Source: a virus. Taken from it: DNA of 64,000 bases. The position numbers were made by a program, and so were the translations under genes. This document shows positions 9,663-19,598 of the stretch, piece by piece (positions within the stretch are counted from its first letter, which is position 1; every line of letters starts with the position of its first letter). The stretch covers positions 32,001 through 96,000 of IMG/VR virus record IMGVR_UViG_3300027861_000001. One strand, 5' to 3'. The notes under the pieces are model-generated. The model worked only from the letters and a program-made list of their open reading frames with translations. It was not told the origin of the DNA and searched no databases.

Positions 9663-9982
9663 ATTGGAATGATCAAACAAAGGAACAAAAACGGTATGCG
9701 TTAAATAAATTAGCGGCTGATGGTTCTGCTTTAGAACGAGGATATAAAGTTTGTATAGTAAACCAATCTGACCTTTCACATGAAGATTATACACACAAAA
9801 TATTTTGTGTAACTGGTTTTCGACCCATAAACGAGTCTTTATGCACAGATGATTCACTGGTTGTAGAATTACAAAGCGAAAAAATGGGAGGACTTAGTTG
9901 TTACGCTTGGCGTCTTCACATTATGGAAGATGAAGAAAGTTGTAATAATTGTCCAGCTAGGTTTAAATGTTGGACAGGATAA
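9659..9982 (+). CDS. small protein with C-terminal tag
   Basis: Ends CNNCPARFKCWTG*. Confidence 0.75.
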   Translation: MNWNDQTKEQKRYALNKLAADGSALERGYKVCIVNQSDLSHEDYTHKIFCVTGFRPINESLCTDDSLVVELQSEKMGGLSCYAWRLHIMEDEESCNNCPARFKCWTG

Positions 9983-10202
9983 TGAATTATTATGAGAAAG
10001 TTTTTTGAAAGAGTAGCTGACCACATACTGGTTTTTGCCTTTGGAATGGTATTAGGAGCAGCTGTGGCATGTACGACGTGCTTCTCTTTGTTTCTACTCA
10101 CCAACGAAACAAAAGAAGGTTATGCTAATGGATATGAAGATTGCAAAACAAGTATCATAGAGGCTATAGATTGCTTACCCAAATATAATTTAGAGGTGAA
10201 TA

Positions 10203-10802
10203 ATGATTAGGTTACGAACAAAAAAATCCAAAGGAACAACAGTGAAAGTAGTGGAAGAAATAGTAGAGAAAGTAGAAGTTCCACTCAAAGAAAAAATATC
10301 AATTGAAAAACTGGAAAATTTGTACATTACTAAGAATGTGAGAAGTTTGGAGTTATCAACTAAAGACATTACCGAACATGCTCGCACCTCATTAAAAATA
10401 ATGCAGGCAATTGAGAGTGTTGGACTTGATCCAATTGAAATAAATTCAAAATGGTACACTTATGCAATAACAGGAGATTGGCTTAGTGAAAGTATAATGG
10501 CTCCAAATCAACTTATACGCTTTCAATATGCTTACCCTATTCCAAAATTTGTTCAAGAAAACATGCAAAAAGTTCTTAAAGTCGTTGGATTACCGAACAA
10601 AGACAGAACTACAAAACACTGCTCTGCTTATATATATTCTGCTTCTCCTGTGTTAGGGTATTCACCAGATATCGACAGACGACCCGCCACAATATTAGCT
10701 GATCCGATAATGGCAGTTCATGTTTATGTACTTGGTAACTCCTACACCTACGAAGTGGGAACGTGGGATTTATCCATTGACTTAGATAATCTACCAGAAT
10801 AA
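10203..10802 (+). CDS. hypothetical protein
   Basis: 199 aa ORF with GAGGTG SD. Confidence 0.65.
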   Translation: MIRLRTKKSKGTTVKVVEEIVEKVEVPLKEKISIEKLENLYITKNVRSLELSTKDITEHARTSLKIMQAIESVGLDPIEINSKWYTYAITGDWLSESIMAPNQLIRFQYAYPIPKFVQENMQKVLKVVGLPNKDRTTKHCSAYIYSASPVLGYSPDIDRRPATILADPIMAVHVYVLGNSYTYEVGTWDLSIDLDNLPE

Positions 10803-10821
10803 AAAAAAAAGGAGAACAACA

Positions 10822-11151
10822 ATGAAAATTCGTAAAGGTTTTGTCAGTAATAGTAGTAGCACAAGTTTCTGTATCTTTGGAGCCTGTGTCAAGGAAGGTT
10901 GGGGAGAAAGTTTAGTAACTTTGAGTGCTGAGGAAATTGAAGATAGGTTACAAAATACTACCTTAAGATATGCAACTGGTGAGTCAGATGAAATTTATGT
11001 TGGGTTAAATTGGCATGATATGGACGACAACGAAACCAAACAAGACTTCATGCGACGAATAAGAAAGCTAATCTTGGACGCATTTCCAGAAATAACTGAC
11101 CAAGAATCCTTAAAAGTATATATGGAAGTGCAGGGGTGGTATGACGGATGA
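10822..11151 (+). CDS. MKxRxGFVSNSS-motif protein 1
   Basis: Starts MKIRKGFVSNSSSTSF. Confidence 0.85.
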   Translation: MKIRKGFVSNSSSTSFCIFGACVKEGWGESLVTLSAEEIEDRLQNTTLRYATGESDEIYVGLNWHDMDDNETKQDFMRRIRKLILDAFPEITDQESLKVYMEVQGWYDG

Positions 11152-11711
11152 AAATAAGAAATGGTTTTGTGTCTAACAGTTCTACAGCTAGCTTTATTGT
11201 TTTAATAAAACCTAAAAGAATTAAAGATGTAGAGTTTGTTTTGCGGTATGCAACAGGTGAGTATCCTGTATGTAAAACTGTGTCTAAAAGAAAGAAAGAA
11301 TTAAATAAAGAAATAAGTAAGCTGGACGAAGATATACTTTACGTTAAGGAAAAATACAAGGAACTAGATTCGCTTTATAGTGAGAATGCTTTTGATTTTC
11401 ATGAGTTGTGCCATGACATATCAAACATAAATAATTATAGAAAATCTATATTCGCTATTAGGACAATGAGAGAGCATCCATCAAAAATTAAGCTAAAAAG
11501 AACTTTCTACCACGACAAACTCAAAAATGTAATTGAAAACATTAAGGAAGCAAAGGTTGATTGCCAAAATGAGTTGAAAAGTCTAACTGGTAATGAAACT
11601 TGGAGTATTGTTAGTTTTCAAGATGATGCCAATTTCGGTAGAATGCAAGGAATGGTAGACGAGTTAGTTAAAGATGGAGACGCTATAATTATTTTGGAGG
11701 AAAGAACATGA
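11148..11711 (+). CDS. MKxRxGFVSNSS-motif protein 2
   Basis: Starts MKIRNGFVSNSSTASF. Confidence 0.85.
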   Translation: MKIRNGFVSNSSTASFIVLIKPKRIKDVEFVLRYATGEYPVCKTVSKRKKELNKEISKLDEDILYVKEKYKELDSLYSENAFDFHELCHDISNINNYRKSIFAIRTMREHPSKIKLKRTFYHDKLKNVIENIKEAKVDCQNELKSLTGNETWSIVSFQDDANFGRMQGMVDELVKDGDAIIILEERT

Positions 11712-12250
11712 AAACTAGAACAGGGTTTGTATCAAACAGTTCCAGTAGCTCTTTCGTAGTTTTATTTCCAAAAGTTCCAAAAACTGTTGAAGATGTTAAG
11801 AAGATGGTTTTTTCGAAAGATGAATCATTCTACCCTCGTCCATCTGGTTCAGACTTAAAAACGTGGAGAATAAACAAAGAATATTGGGAAGTTGAGGAAG
11901 TTGCCAAAACAATATTCAGTGATATACAAGAGCAGGAAGTAAATAATAAAGAAGCCATGCTTAATGAGGTGGATGGTGGTGTAAATCCAGATGATTTTAG
12001 GTCTGGTGTAGCAACCACTTATGAGAGAGGAGACGGAACTTCTTACACAATAAATGAGATAGATTGGAAAGCGTATTATAAAGCTGAACACAAACAAAGC
12101 AAGAGAATATTAGAGGCATTTTTAAAGAATAATACAGAAACGGCAGGTTATGTGTTTGAGTATTCAGACAACGATAGTGGTTATTCCAGTGCATTAGAAC
12201 ACGATGGTTTGTTTGAAAATCTTCCACACATCAAAACCAGTAAACACTAA
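11708..12250 (+). CDS. MKxRxGFVSNSS-motif protein 3
   Basis: Starts MKTRTGFVSNSSSSSF. Confidence 0.85.
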   Translation: MKTRTGFVSNSSSSSFVVLFPKVPKTVEDVKKMVFSKDESFYPRPSGSDLKTWRINKEYWEVEEVAKTIFSDIQEQEVNNKEAMLNEVDGGVNPDDFRSGVATTYERGDGTSYTINEIDWKAYYKAEHKQSKRILEAFLKNNTETAGYVFEYSDNDSGYSSALEHDGLFENLPHIKTSKH

Positions 12251-12264
12251 AAAGGAGAAAGTAA

Positions 12265-12588
12265 ATGAAAGTAAGGCAGGGATTCGTAAGCAATAGTTCA
12301 AGTAGCTCGTTCATAGTGTTGGTAAAAGATGAAACCATGTCGGCAGAAGAGCGAAGAGAAAAAAACATAGCAATATACAGAGAAGAATATGGAGAAGACT
12401 TCGACGAAGTTGCAGAGGATGGTTACATAAACAAGTGGTTAGCTGGGTACGAGAAAGAACACCAATATATTCTTCTAAAACAAAGTGTTGAGTATGGCGG
12501 AGAAGACTCGGTGACCGCTATAGTAACTGCTTTGTTAGATAAGCTAGGAGTTGCTACAGAAAATATAACGTTTGCGTGGGATGAGTAA
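12265..12588 (+). CDS. MKxRxGFVSNSS-motif protein 4
   Basis: Starts MKVRQGFVSNSSSSSF. Confidence 0.85.
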   Translation: MKVRQGFVSNSSSSSFIVLVKDETMSAEERREKNIAIYREEYGEDFDEVAEDGYINKWLAGYEKEHQYILLKQSVEYGGEDSVTAIVTALLDKLGVATENITFAWDE

Positions 12589-12589
12589 C

Positions 12590-12847
12590 ATGAAAATTAG
12601 AACAGGTTTTGTATCAAACAGTAGCAGTAGTAGTTTTGTTCTAACAAAAATGAATTTGTCACAACAACAACTTCAAAAAATTAGTGAGAAGATACGTTTA
12701 TTTGAAGGTGCGAGTAGTGATATGTACATTTATAATGGAAAAAGATTTTTTCACGGTGAGATGTCAATGCATGACATCGAAGCATTTGAAAATTTTCTTG
12801 TGAATCAACTAGGGGTTAGTGAGGAAGATTTCGAATTTAATCAGTAG
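12590..12847 (+). CDS. MKxRxGFVSNSS-motif protein 5
   Basis: Starts MKIRTGFVSNSSSSSF (start corrected to 12590). Confidence 0.85.
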   Translation: MKIRTGFVSNSSSSSFVLTKMNLSQQQLQKISEKIRLFEGASSDMYIYNGKRFFHGEMSMHDIEAFENFLVNQLGVSEEDFEFNQ

Positions 12848-12856
12848 GAGAACGAA

Positions 12857-13183
12857 ATGAAAATAAGACAAGGATTTGTGTCCAATAGTTCTAGTTCGTC
12901 TTTTATAGTTCTGAAAGAGAACTTGAATAATTGGCAGCTTAAACAACTGTATGAACATATGTCTGTTGGGAAAACATTGGGAGTGTATATTCCTTATAGA
13001 CCAATAGATAAACCATTCACAGATGACGATAGAATGTATGAAGGTATGGACGCTTGGAGCATAAATGAAGAAGTTAAAGACGACGGTAATACTTACATAA
13101 CAGGATATACTTCTATGAATAATTTTCCAATGGAGGATTTCTTAAAGAAAATTGGTGTTAAGGGTGTACTTTGGGATTACTAA
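12857..13183 (+). CDS. MKxRxGFVSNSS-motif protein 6
   Basis: Starts MKIRQGFVSNSSSSSF. Confidence 0.85.
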   Translation: MKIRQGFVSNSSSSSFIVLKENLNNWQLKQLYEHMSVGKTLGVYIPYRPIDKPFTDDDRMYEGMDAWSINEEVKDDGNTYITGYTSMNNFPMEDFLKKIGVKGVLWDY

Positions 13184-13198
13184 AAAAGGAGTAAAATA

Positions 13199-13558
13199 AT
13201 GAAAATAAGAAAAGGTTTTGTGAGTAATAGTAGCTCAACTTCGTTCTGTGTTTATGGTGATATTATCGAAGAAAGTGAATTAAAAGATATCTTTTCAAAA
13301 CTTGTAGATACGTGGAGTGATGAGGATGATTTGTATGCAATTTGTGAAGATTTGGAACTTGTGTTTCAAGACACGGGAATAGAAGTTATAGCCGGAGAAG
13401 ACTGTCTAGTGATTGGTAGAGGTTATGACACGCTACGCGACAACGAAACTGGGGCAGAATTCAAAACCTCCGTAGAGACAGCTTTAAAGGCAAAGCTTGG
13501 AGATGAAGCTGTAGGTAAAATGCACCTCAGTTATAACGAGGGAGAAATTTATAGTTAA
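13199..13558 (+). CDS. MKxRxGFVSNSS-motif protein 7
   Basis: Starts MKIRKGFVSNSSSTSF. Confidence 0.85.
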   Translation: MKIRKGFVSNSSSTSFCVYGDIIEESELKDIFSKLVDTWSDEDDLYAICEDLELVFQDTGIEVIAGEDCLVIGRGYDTLRDNETGAEFKTSVETALKAKLGDEAVGKMHLSYNEGEIYS

Positions 13559-13569
13559 AGGAGTAAGTC

Positions 13570-14589
13570 GTGGGAACAAAAACAGTTAAGTCACCAGAGT
13601 ATAATTATATCTTTAATGACGAAACAGGGTTCTTTTTAAGGTGGGGAAAGTCTCTAGAGGACGACCCACTTTACTCACCATACGGCCCAGAGATACTAGA
13701 TATAGAAATATCAACAATTTGCTCTCATGGGTGTTCGTTCTGTTATAAAACAAACAAGAGTGAAGGAATTAATATGACTTATGAAACCTTTACTAGTATG
13801 TTTGAAAAGTTCCCAAGTAACTTGACTCAGATTGCCTTTGGAATTGGGGATATTGACGGGAATCCAGACTTATATGATATTATGGATTATTGCAACCTAA
13901 AAAAAGTAATCCCCAACATTACTATCAACGGTACTAGGATGACTCCTGGGCATTATGACTCTCTATCACAGTTGTGTGGAGCAGTAGCAGTAAGTCTCTA
14001 TGATTATGACACCTGTTATAACGCTGTTAAGGAATTGACAGATCGAGGAATGAAACAAGTAAACATTCACTGTCTCTTGGCTGTTGAGACTTTGGAAAAA
14101 TGTTACCAAGTACTTAAAGATGTAAAAACTGATGAAAGACTGAGTGGTCTTAACGCTGTAGTGTTTTTAATTTTGAAACCAAAAGGAGAAAGAAACCACT
14201 TCACACAAGTAAAAGATAAAGAAGAATTTAAACGTCTTATTGATTTTGCTTTAAAGGCCGAAGTTGGTTTTGGATTTGATTCATGTACTGCTTCAAGTTT
14301 TCTAGAGGCAGTTAGCACAGAACCTAACTATGATACGTATAATTTGTTGTCTGAACCATGTGAATCTACTTTATTTTCATACTACATTAACGTTGAAGGT
14401 AAAGGATTTCCTTGCAGTTTCACCGAATCAGTTTCACCGTACAACGGTATTGACATCTTGAAAGTGGAAGACTTTATGCTTGAGGTGTGGAACCATGAAG
14501 AAACTTTATCTTTTAGAAATAAAGTATTAAGCAATCTTGATTGTAGAGGATGCAGAATGTGTCCTCAATATGATTTACAAATGGTATAA
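13570..14589 (+). CDS. radical SAM enzyme with SPASM/twitch-like C-terminus
   Basis: CSHGCSFC (CxxxCxxC); C-terminal CES..YINVEGKGFPCSF..CRGCRMCP. Confidence 0.9.
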   Translation: MGTKTVKSPEYNYIFNDETGFFLRWGKSLEDDPLYSPYGPEILDIEISTICSHGCSFCYKTNKSEGINMTYETFTSMFEKFPSNLTQIAFGIGDIDGNPDLYDIMDYCNLKKVIPNITINGTRMTPGHYDSLSQLCGAVAVSLYDYDTCYNAVKELTDRGMKQVNIHCLLAVETLEKCYQVLKDVKTDERLSGLNAVVFLILKPKGERNHFTQVKDKEEFKRLIDFALKAEVGFGFDSCTASSFLEAVSTEPNYDTYNLLSEPCESTLFSYYINVEGKGFPCSFTESVSPYNGIDILKVEDFMLEVWNHEETLSFRNKVLSNLDCRGCRMCPQYDLQMV

Positions 14590-14606
14590 ACAAGAGGAGA
14601 TTTGTT

Positions 14607-16079
14607 GTGAAAGCAGTTGTAAGAGAAGGTGTCGCACAAGGTAGCTACAGAGGTGGTGCTTACTATAACTATGATATGGTAAGAATACAGGGCAAAACTA
14701 TCGAAGTATCTACAATCAAAAACAGTGAATATGATTATATAACTATACCAAACGGAACTGACGAGCGTAGTTGGAGTTGGTTGAGAGAATGGCTTGTAAT
14801 CAACTCTGCCGGAGAGGTGCGAGAGGCAAGAGTAAGGTTACTAAAAGCTTTTGATGATGTTGATGTTAATACACCTGTTGTACTAGACATTTATACAGCT
14901 TTGAGGCTTGGTGTAGGTAAAGATCAAATGGTTGGGTTCAGTGTTGAAAGGGAAGGTAGGATTGCTTACGCCAGTAAACCTGAACACTTGTACGACATTA
15001 CAAAAAGACAACGAAGCTCACTACAGAGATATATACGTAGACAATTGAAATTTGGCACATCTCGTATCAAAGATCATGAGTTGGATTTACTTTGTCGTCA
15101 AGTTGTAAAAGTGTGTTATGACGGACAATTTACACTATTAAAAGGTGTTGCTATAGCAGATGCATACGAACGTCACGCTGGGTGCGACTCATGTATGACA
15201 GGTGATAGAACTTTAGTAGAAATGTACGCTATTAATAGTAATATTGAACTGGCTCTGTATCAATTCAACGGACGAGAAGCAAGGGCACTGTTGTGGACTT
15301 GTGATGACGGTATGAAAGTTCTTGATCGTATATATCCAAATGATGGTGGTCATATTGAAATTATGAAGGCGTGGGCAGCGGAGAATGGGTGGATATACAG
15401 AGTTAGTAACTCATTACCTGAAGACGATACTATAGAGTTATCAGATCGTAGTTTAAGGTATATAACTGTTAAACCTACACAAAATATACCATATTTGGAT
15501 ACTTTTTACCACGGAGAAGGAGTCAACGGTGGTATGATGGTATTGTCAAATGACGAAGATCATGGTCATTTTGTAGGTGACGGAGAGGGTGGATATACAT
15601 GTGAGTTTTGTGGCGCATATGTTAACCCAGATGATTGTTTTTGTGATAATGATGACTATATATGTGATTCTTGTCAAGATGAGTATTATGTACTATGTGA
15701 CAGATGTGATGAGTATGTTAATATTGAGAGTAGCCGAGCTACTGTAGAGGTAGATAATGAGATAATATGTCGTGACTGTCGCTCTGAATTAGATATAGTA
15801 GAGTGCTATCACTGTGGTTCTTTCACGCTCGATTATGTTGAAGTAGACAATAAGTATAATTATTGTGAATGTTGTGCTGATATTTATGCTGATGAGTGTG
15901 ATAAGTGTGGTAACCTTACAACTAATATAAAGGTTACTAATGATGATAGTTCTATCTGTCCTGATTGTTGGGACGAAAAGGCATACATATGTGATGGGTG
16001 TGGTAGTTTATTCGACGTAGATAATACAGAAGGAGGTTACTGTGTGGAATGTCAGTCAACCAGAAAAGAAACCATATAA
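14607..16079 (+). CDS. large protein with C-terminal poly-CxxC (tandem Zn-ribbon) region
   Basis: SCM..RALLW..DRIY..PYLDT core followed by about 10 CxxC units. Confidence 0.75.
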   Translation: MKAVVREGVAQGSYRGGAYYNYDMVRIQGKTIEVSTIKNSEYDYITIPNGTDERSWSWLREWLVINSAGEVREARVRLLKAFDDVDVNTPVVLDIYTALRLGVGKDQMVGFSVEREGRIAYASKPEHLYDITKRQRSSLQRYIRRQLKFGTSRIKDHELDLLCRQVVKVCYDGQFTLLKGVAIADAYERHAGCDSCMTGDRTLVEMYAINSNIELALYQFNGREARALLWTCDDGMKVLDRIYPNDGGHIEIMKAWAAENGWIYRVSNSLPEDDTIELSDRSLRYITVKPTQNIPYLDTFYHGEGVNGGMMVLSNDEDHGHFVGDGEGGYTCEFCGAYVNPDDCFCDNDDYICDSCQDEYYVLCDRCDEYVNIESSRATVEVDNEIICRDCRSELDIVECYHCGSFTLDYVEVDNKYNYCECCADIYADECDKCGNLTTNIKVTNDDSSICPDCWDEKAYICDGCGSLFDVDNTEGGYCVECQSTRKETI

Positions 16080-16098
16080 AAAAAACTTACCAGAGGTT

Positions 16099-16953
16099 AT
16101 GAGGGCAACGTCTTTAAAAAACCTATCGTGGTACTGTCATGCAGACATACCAACGTTGTTTAACGCTACAGGTGGAAACCATAACGACGAGTATGCGTTC
16201 AAAGATAACGGAAGTAAGATTCTAGCTGTTGCTCATTGTGACGTATCAAGAATCATAGAAAAGCAACGTCATTTTAGCGTAGCCAAACTTACAACTGATA
16301 CACTTATATACTCAACTTATTTAGATGATAGATTAGGTGTATACACAATACTTGAAGTGTTACCAAGGCTTGGTATTAATGTTGATGTTTTATTGACCAC
16401 AGACGAGGAAATAGCTAAGTCTACAGCTACGTTGTTTACACCTAAAAAAGAATACAATTGGATGGTAGAGTTTGATAGAAGGGGTGATGATGCCGTAACG
16501 TATCAATACGATTGGGAAGATATTATAGGAGATTATTTCCAAGTTGGTACTGGCACATTCTCTGATTTGAATGATTTAGACCATGTTGGTGTATGTGGAG
16601 TAAACGTTGGAGTAGGTTACCAAGATGAACATTCACCTTTTTGCTATATGTCAGTTGCGGAATATAGGCACCAACTAGCAAGGTTTGTGTCGTTCTGGGA
16701 TTACGAAAAAGATAATAGGTACGAACACTTTGAACAAGCCAGTCCAACTTTGTTAAATGATATCCCTTCAGTTGATATAACAGACGATGGGTGTGTTACG
16801 TGTCCTAGGTGTGCATCTCACTTTAATGTTGCAGACCTATACGAATGGCATAAATGGTTGTGTTGTCCTATGTGTGGTGAAGATATTGTAGAAACGAAAG
16901 AACACCTAGGCAACAGGGTTATAGATGATTGGGATGAGATATGGGAGCTCTGA
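16099..16953 (+). CDS. M28/M20-like zinc peptidase with C-terminal Zn ribbon
   Basis: AHCD, LDDRLG, DEE, EFDRRG and EH ligand pattern. Confidence 0.75.
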   Translation: MRATSLKNLSWYCHADIPTLFNATGGNHNDEYAFKDNGSKILAVAHCDVSRIIEKQRHFSVAKLTTDTLIYSTYLDDRLGVYTILEVLPRLGINVDVLLTTDEEIAKSTATLFTPKKEYNWMVEFDRRGDDAVTYQYDWEDIIGDYFQVGTGTFSDLNDLDHVGVCGVNVGVGYQDEHSPFCYMSVAEYRHQLARFVSFWDYEKDNRYEHFEQASPTLLNDIPSVDITDDGCVTCPRCASHFNVADLYEWHKWLCCPMCGEDIVETKEHLGNRVIDDWDEIWEL

Positions 16954-17244
16954 AATGCACGAAATATATACTCTTACTACTATCAGAAATAAAGCTTGGG
17001 ACACTGACACACGATGTGTTGGATGGTTCCCAAACTACGAAGATGCCGAATCAACAATAATTAGGTCTGGTGAACTATTGAATGAAGCTGGTTATTATGA
17101 ATATGCTGTCATAGAATGTATTAAGGCAGGTATCTACCAATACGACGATAACCCAGCTTGGTTTGCTTATAACTATAACCTTGAAACTTATGGAAAAATA
17201 GAAAGACCAGAAGACTTTGAACATGTTTGCGGGTTTGGAATAGG

Positions 17245-17520
17245 ATGAAAAACCATAAAGTGCTGTGTACCTACACTAAGGATGGTAGTTATTACTACAT
17301 GCTCTGGGATGAGGACGAACGTCGATTAAAGAAGTATTCACACGATAGGTATCCTTTGGATATGGTTGATAGTCTATTCAACAACACTCTTTATTATACG
17401 TATAGCCAACTAGAGTATATGAATATTCGTTACACAGAATGGATAAACGGTGGAGAAGATTTAGAACCAGAAAATTGTGACGCTTGTAAGTATAGATTCA
17501 TATGTTGGACTGAGGAATGA
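17245..17520 (+). CDS. small protein with C-terminal tag
   Basis: Ends CDACKYRFICWTEE*. Confidence 0.75.
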   Translation: MKNHKVLCTYTKDGSYYYMLWDEDERRLKKYSHDRYPLDMVDSLFNNTLYYTYSQLEYMNIRYTEWINGGEDLEPENCDACKYRFICWTEE

Positions 17521-17837
17521 GGGTATTAAACCAAACTAAATATTCAAGGTTCGTATGTTACTACGACGACTGTAATAGTTGTAAAATAAGATATAAGTGT
17601 TGGACTGGGGATATCACCGCATACGGCACCCTATATTACAAAATAAAAATAGAAGCATATGCTTTCTTTAGAGAAAAGTACGGTGCTGAAATAGACGACT
17701 ATGCTATTAGCGAAGCTTTTGAAGGTAAAAAAAGTAACCTTTTGAGCTTTTTTATTACAGGAGACCTTGATAGTACTGTTATTGCTTGTGAAGTGTTTCA
17801 CAGCAAAGAATGGAAAAGTTTTAGAGAAGGAGAATAA
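17517..17837 (+). CDS. small protein with N-proximal tag
   Basis: CNSCKIRYKCWTG. Confidence 0.7.
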   Translation: MRVLNQTKYSRFVCYYDDCNSCKIRYKCWTGDITAYGTLYYKIKIEAYAFFREKYGAEIDDYAISEAFEGKKSNLLSFFITGDLDSTVIACEVFHSKEWKSFREGE

Positions 17838-18098
17838 TATGGCAACACTAATCTTAGCAGTAGCATCTACATCAATATTAATTACTTTGTTAATTACTGT
17901 TCCATCGTTGATTTGGTTATTTACTAGACCAGCCACGGAGTTAAAAGTACCTAGAAAAATAGAGGCTTGTCCAGAGTGTGGAAAGGATATTTCAATTATT
18001 GGTACTTTGGATAAAAAAAGTAACACTATAAAAAACGAAAAAAAGTGCGGTTTTATAAAAAATTAATTGAGCCTCACTCCAGCACGATGGTGAGATAA

Positions 18099-18398
18099 AT
18101 GTATAGAAAGATTGATAGAATACCTCCCAAAACATTTCCAAAAGACGATTGTGATACATGCTTAATTCGTTTTAAATGTCATTCTTCTGCTGTAGATGAA
18201 GCTGGTTGTCGATTATCAGCAGAAGAGGCAGCAGATAGAATCTTCAAAACTATAGATGAAAATGGTGCTTACTGGAATAATATTGTCTCAAGTATTTTGA
18301 GAGTAGTAGCTGAAGATTGTGGGTATGATGTTGCTAATCATGTAATAGATTTATGTGGATTAGAAAGTTTGGGTTGGTGTCATGAAAGTGGATTGTAG
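18099..18398 (+). CDS. small protein with N-proximal tag variant
   Basis: CDTCLIRFKCHSS. Confidence 0.7.
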   Translation: MYRKIDRIPPKTFPKDDCDTCLIRFKCHSSAVDEAGCRLSAEEAADRIFKTIDENGAYWNNIVSSILRVVAEDCGYDVANHVIDLCGLESLGWCHESGL

Positions 18399-18672
18399 TG
18401 TAAAACTTAATGCTAATTATCCAGTTGAGTATACTGTAGATGGAGATGAATTGCTTCCTAGTGATACGAAAATTATTGAGCAAAGCGCAGGTAAAGTGTA
18501 CAAAATATTAAATATAAAAGAGGATAATCCAGACGAGCAGTTTGGAATAATCTACGAGGTTGGACAACTTAATGAAATTCCCGTAGTTTTCGCATACAGA
18601 CTAGAAATAGACCCAGCCTATATGAACGTATGCAACATTTGTGAAGAAAGGTTTAAATGTTTCTGTGAATAA
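18382..18672 (+). CDS. small protein with C-terminal tag variant
   Basis: Ends CNICEERFKCFCE*. Confidence 0.7.
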   Translation: MKVDCSVKLNANYPVEYTVDGDELLPSDTKIIEQSAGKVYKILNIKEDNPDEQFGIIYEVGQLNEIPVVFAYRLEIDPAYMNVCNICEERFKCFCE

Positions 18673-18716
18673 GACGAAGGAAGGTACATTCTAATATAGA
18701 GTGATTAGGCTTGGAC

Positions 18717-18745
18717 TTGACAAATTCATAGGCGTATGCTATTCT
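18717..18745 (+). promoter_or_regulatory. sigma70-type promoter with GGCGTATG box
   Basis: TTGACA-17 nt-TATTCT. Confidence 0.7.
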
Positions 18746-18782
18746 TAGAGTATGACTAAGGGTCTACTCGGTAGGTTGATAT

Positions 18783-19598
18783 ATGAGTATTACGAAGTTT
18801 ATAGAGATACACGATTACAGCACCCTTAACAAATATATGGCAGCTTTCTCACTAAAACATATGGGACTGCTAATTATCGTGTCAAGGGCGGGACTTGGAA
18901 AATCATACCTAGTAGAACAGAATCTCGAAGTAGAGGCACCGTTGTTACTAAACTCACACGTAACCCCACTTCGATTCTACCAACTGTTATATGAAAGAAC
19001 CCAAGAAGAAAAAGATTGTTTACTAATTATTGACGAAGCAGAAATGATGTTTCAAAACCCAAAATTAAAAACAATGCTGAAAATAACCTGCGATACACGC
19101 GATGAAAAGATAATTAAATACGATTCTACTTCTCCGTTGTTAGCAGGAGTTCCTAAAGAATTTTCCACAGAGGTAAAAACTGTTCTTTTACTTAACACAT
19201 TAAACCCATCAGACGAGCACATAAAAGCCATAATGTCAAGAGGACATTTAGTTTATTTTAATCCTCCAGATGTAGAAATATTAAATTACTTAAAAGGGTG
19301 GGGAGAAGATAAGGAAGTTATAAAGTTTATTGGTGACTTTGCTTCACACTCAAAATCTCTCAACCTAAGAACTTATGTTAAAGCCGTAGAATCTAAGAAA
19401 GCTGGGTTAAATTGGGAACAAGAGGTAATAAACGAACTTGATCTAGATAATCGTTTTCTTGTTATAAGAAGTTTAATAAAAAATTACAAGACAGACAAAG
19501 AGCGAATAATTGGTTGGACTAAGATTACCAGAGAATCACGTGCTAACTACTTTCGTTGGAAAAAACTATACGACAACAAAAACAAGAGAGGTAATTAA
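18783..19598 (+). CDS. P-loop (AAA+-like) ATPase with possible C-terminal HTH
   Basis: SRAGLGKS, LLIIDEAE, AIMSRG; C-terminal SRANYFRWK. Confidence 0.7.
   Translation: MSITKFIEIHDYSTLNKYMAAFSLKHMGLLIIVSRAGLGKSYLVEQNLEVEAPLLLNSHVTPLRFYQLLYERTQEEKDCLLIIDEAEMMFQNPKLKTMLKITCDTRDEKIIKYDSTSPLLAGVPKEFSTEVKTVLLLNTLNPSDEHIKAIMSRGHLVYFNPPDVEILNYLKGWGEDKEVIKFIGDFASHSKSLNLRTYVKAVESKKAGLNWEQEVINELDLDNRFLVIRSLIKNYKTDKERIIGWTKITRESRANYFRWKKLYDNKNKRGN

Noticed and set aside
10822-13558. NSS-motif array as a diversity-generating retroelement or DNA tandem repeat
   Set aside because: No reverse transcriptase or TR/VR pair is present, and conservation is at the amino-acid level only.
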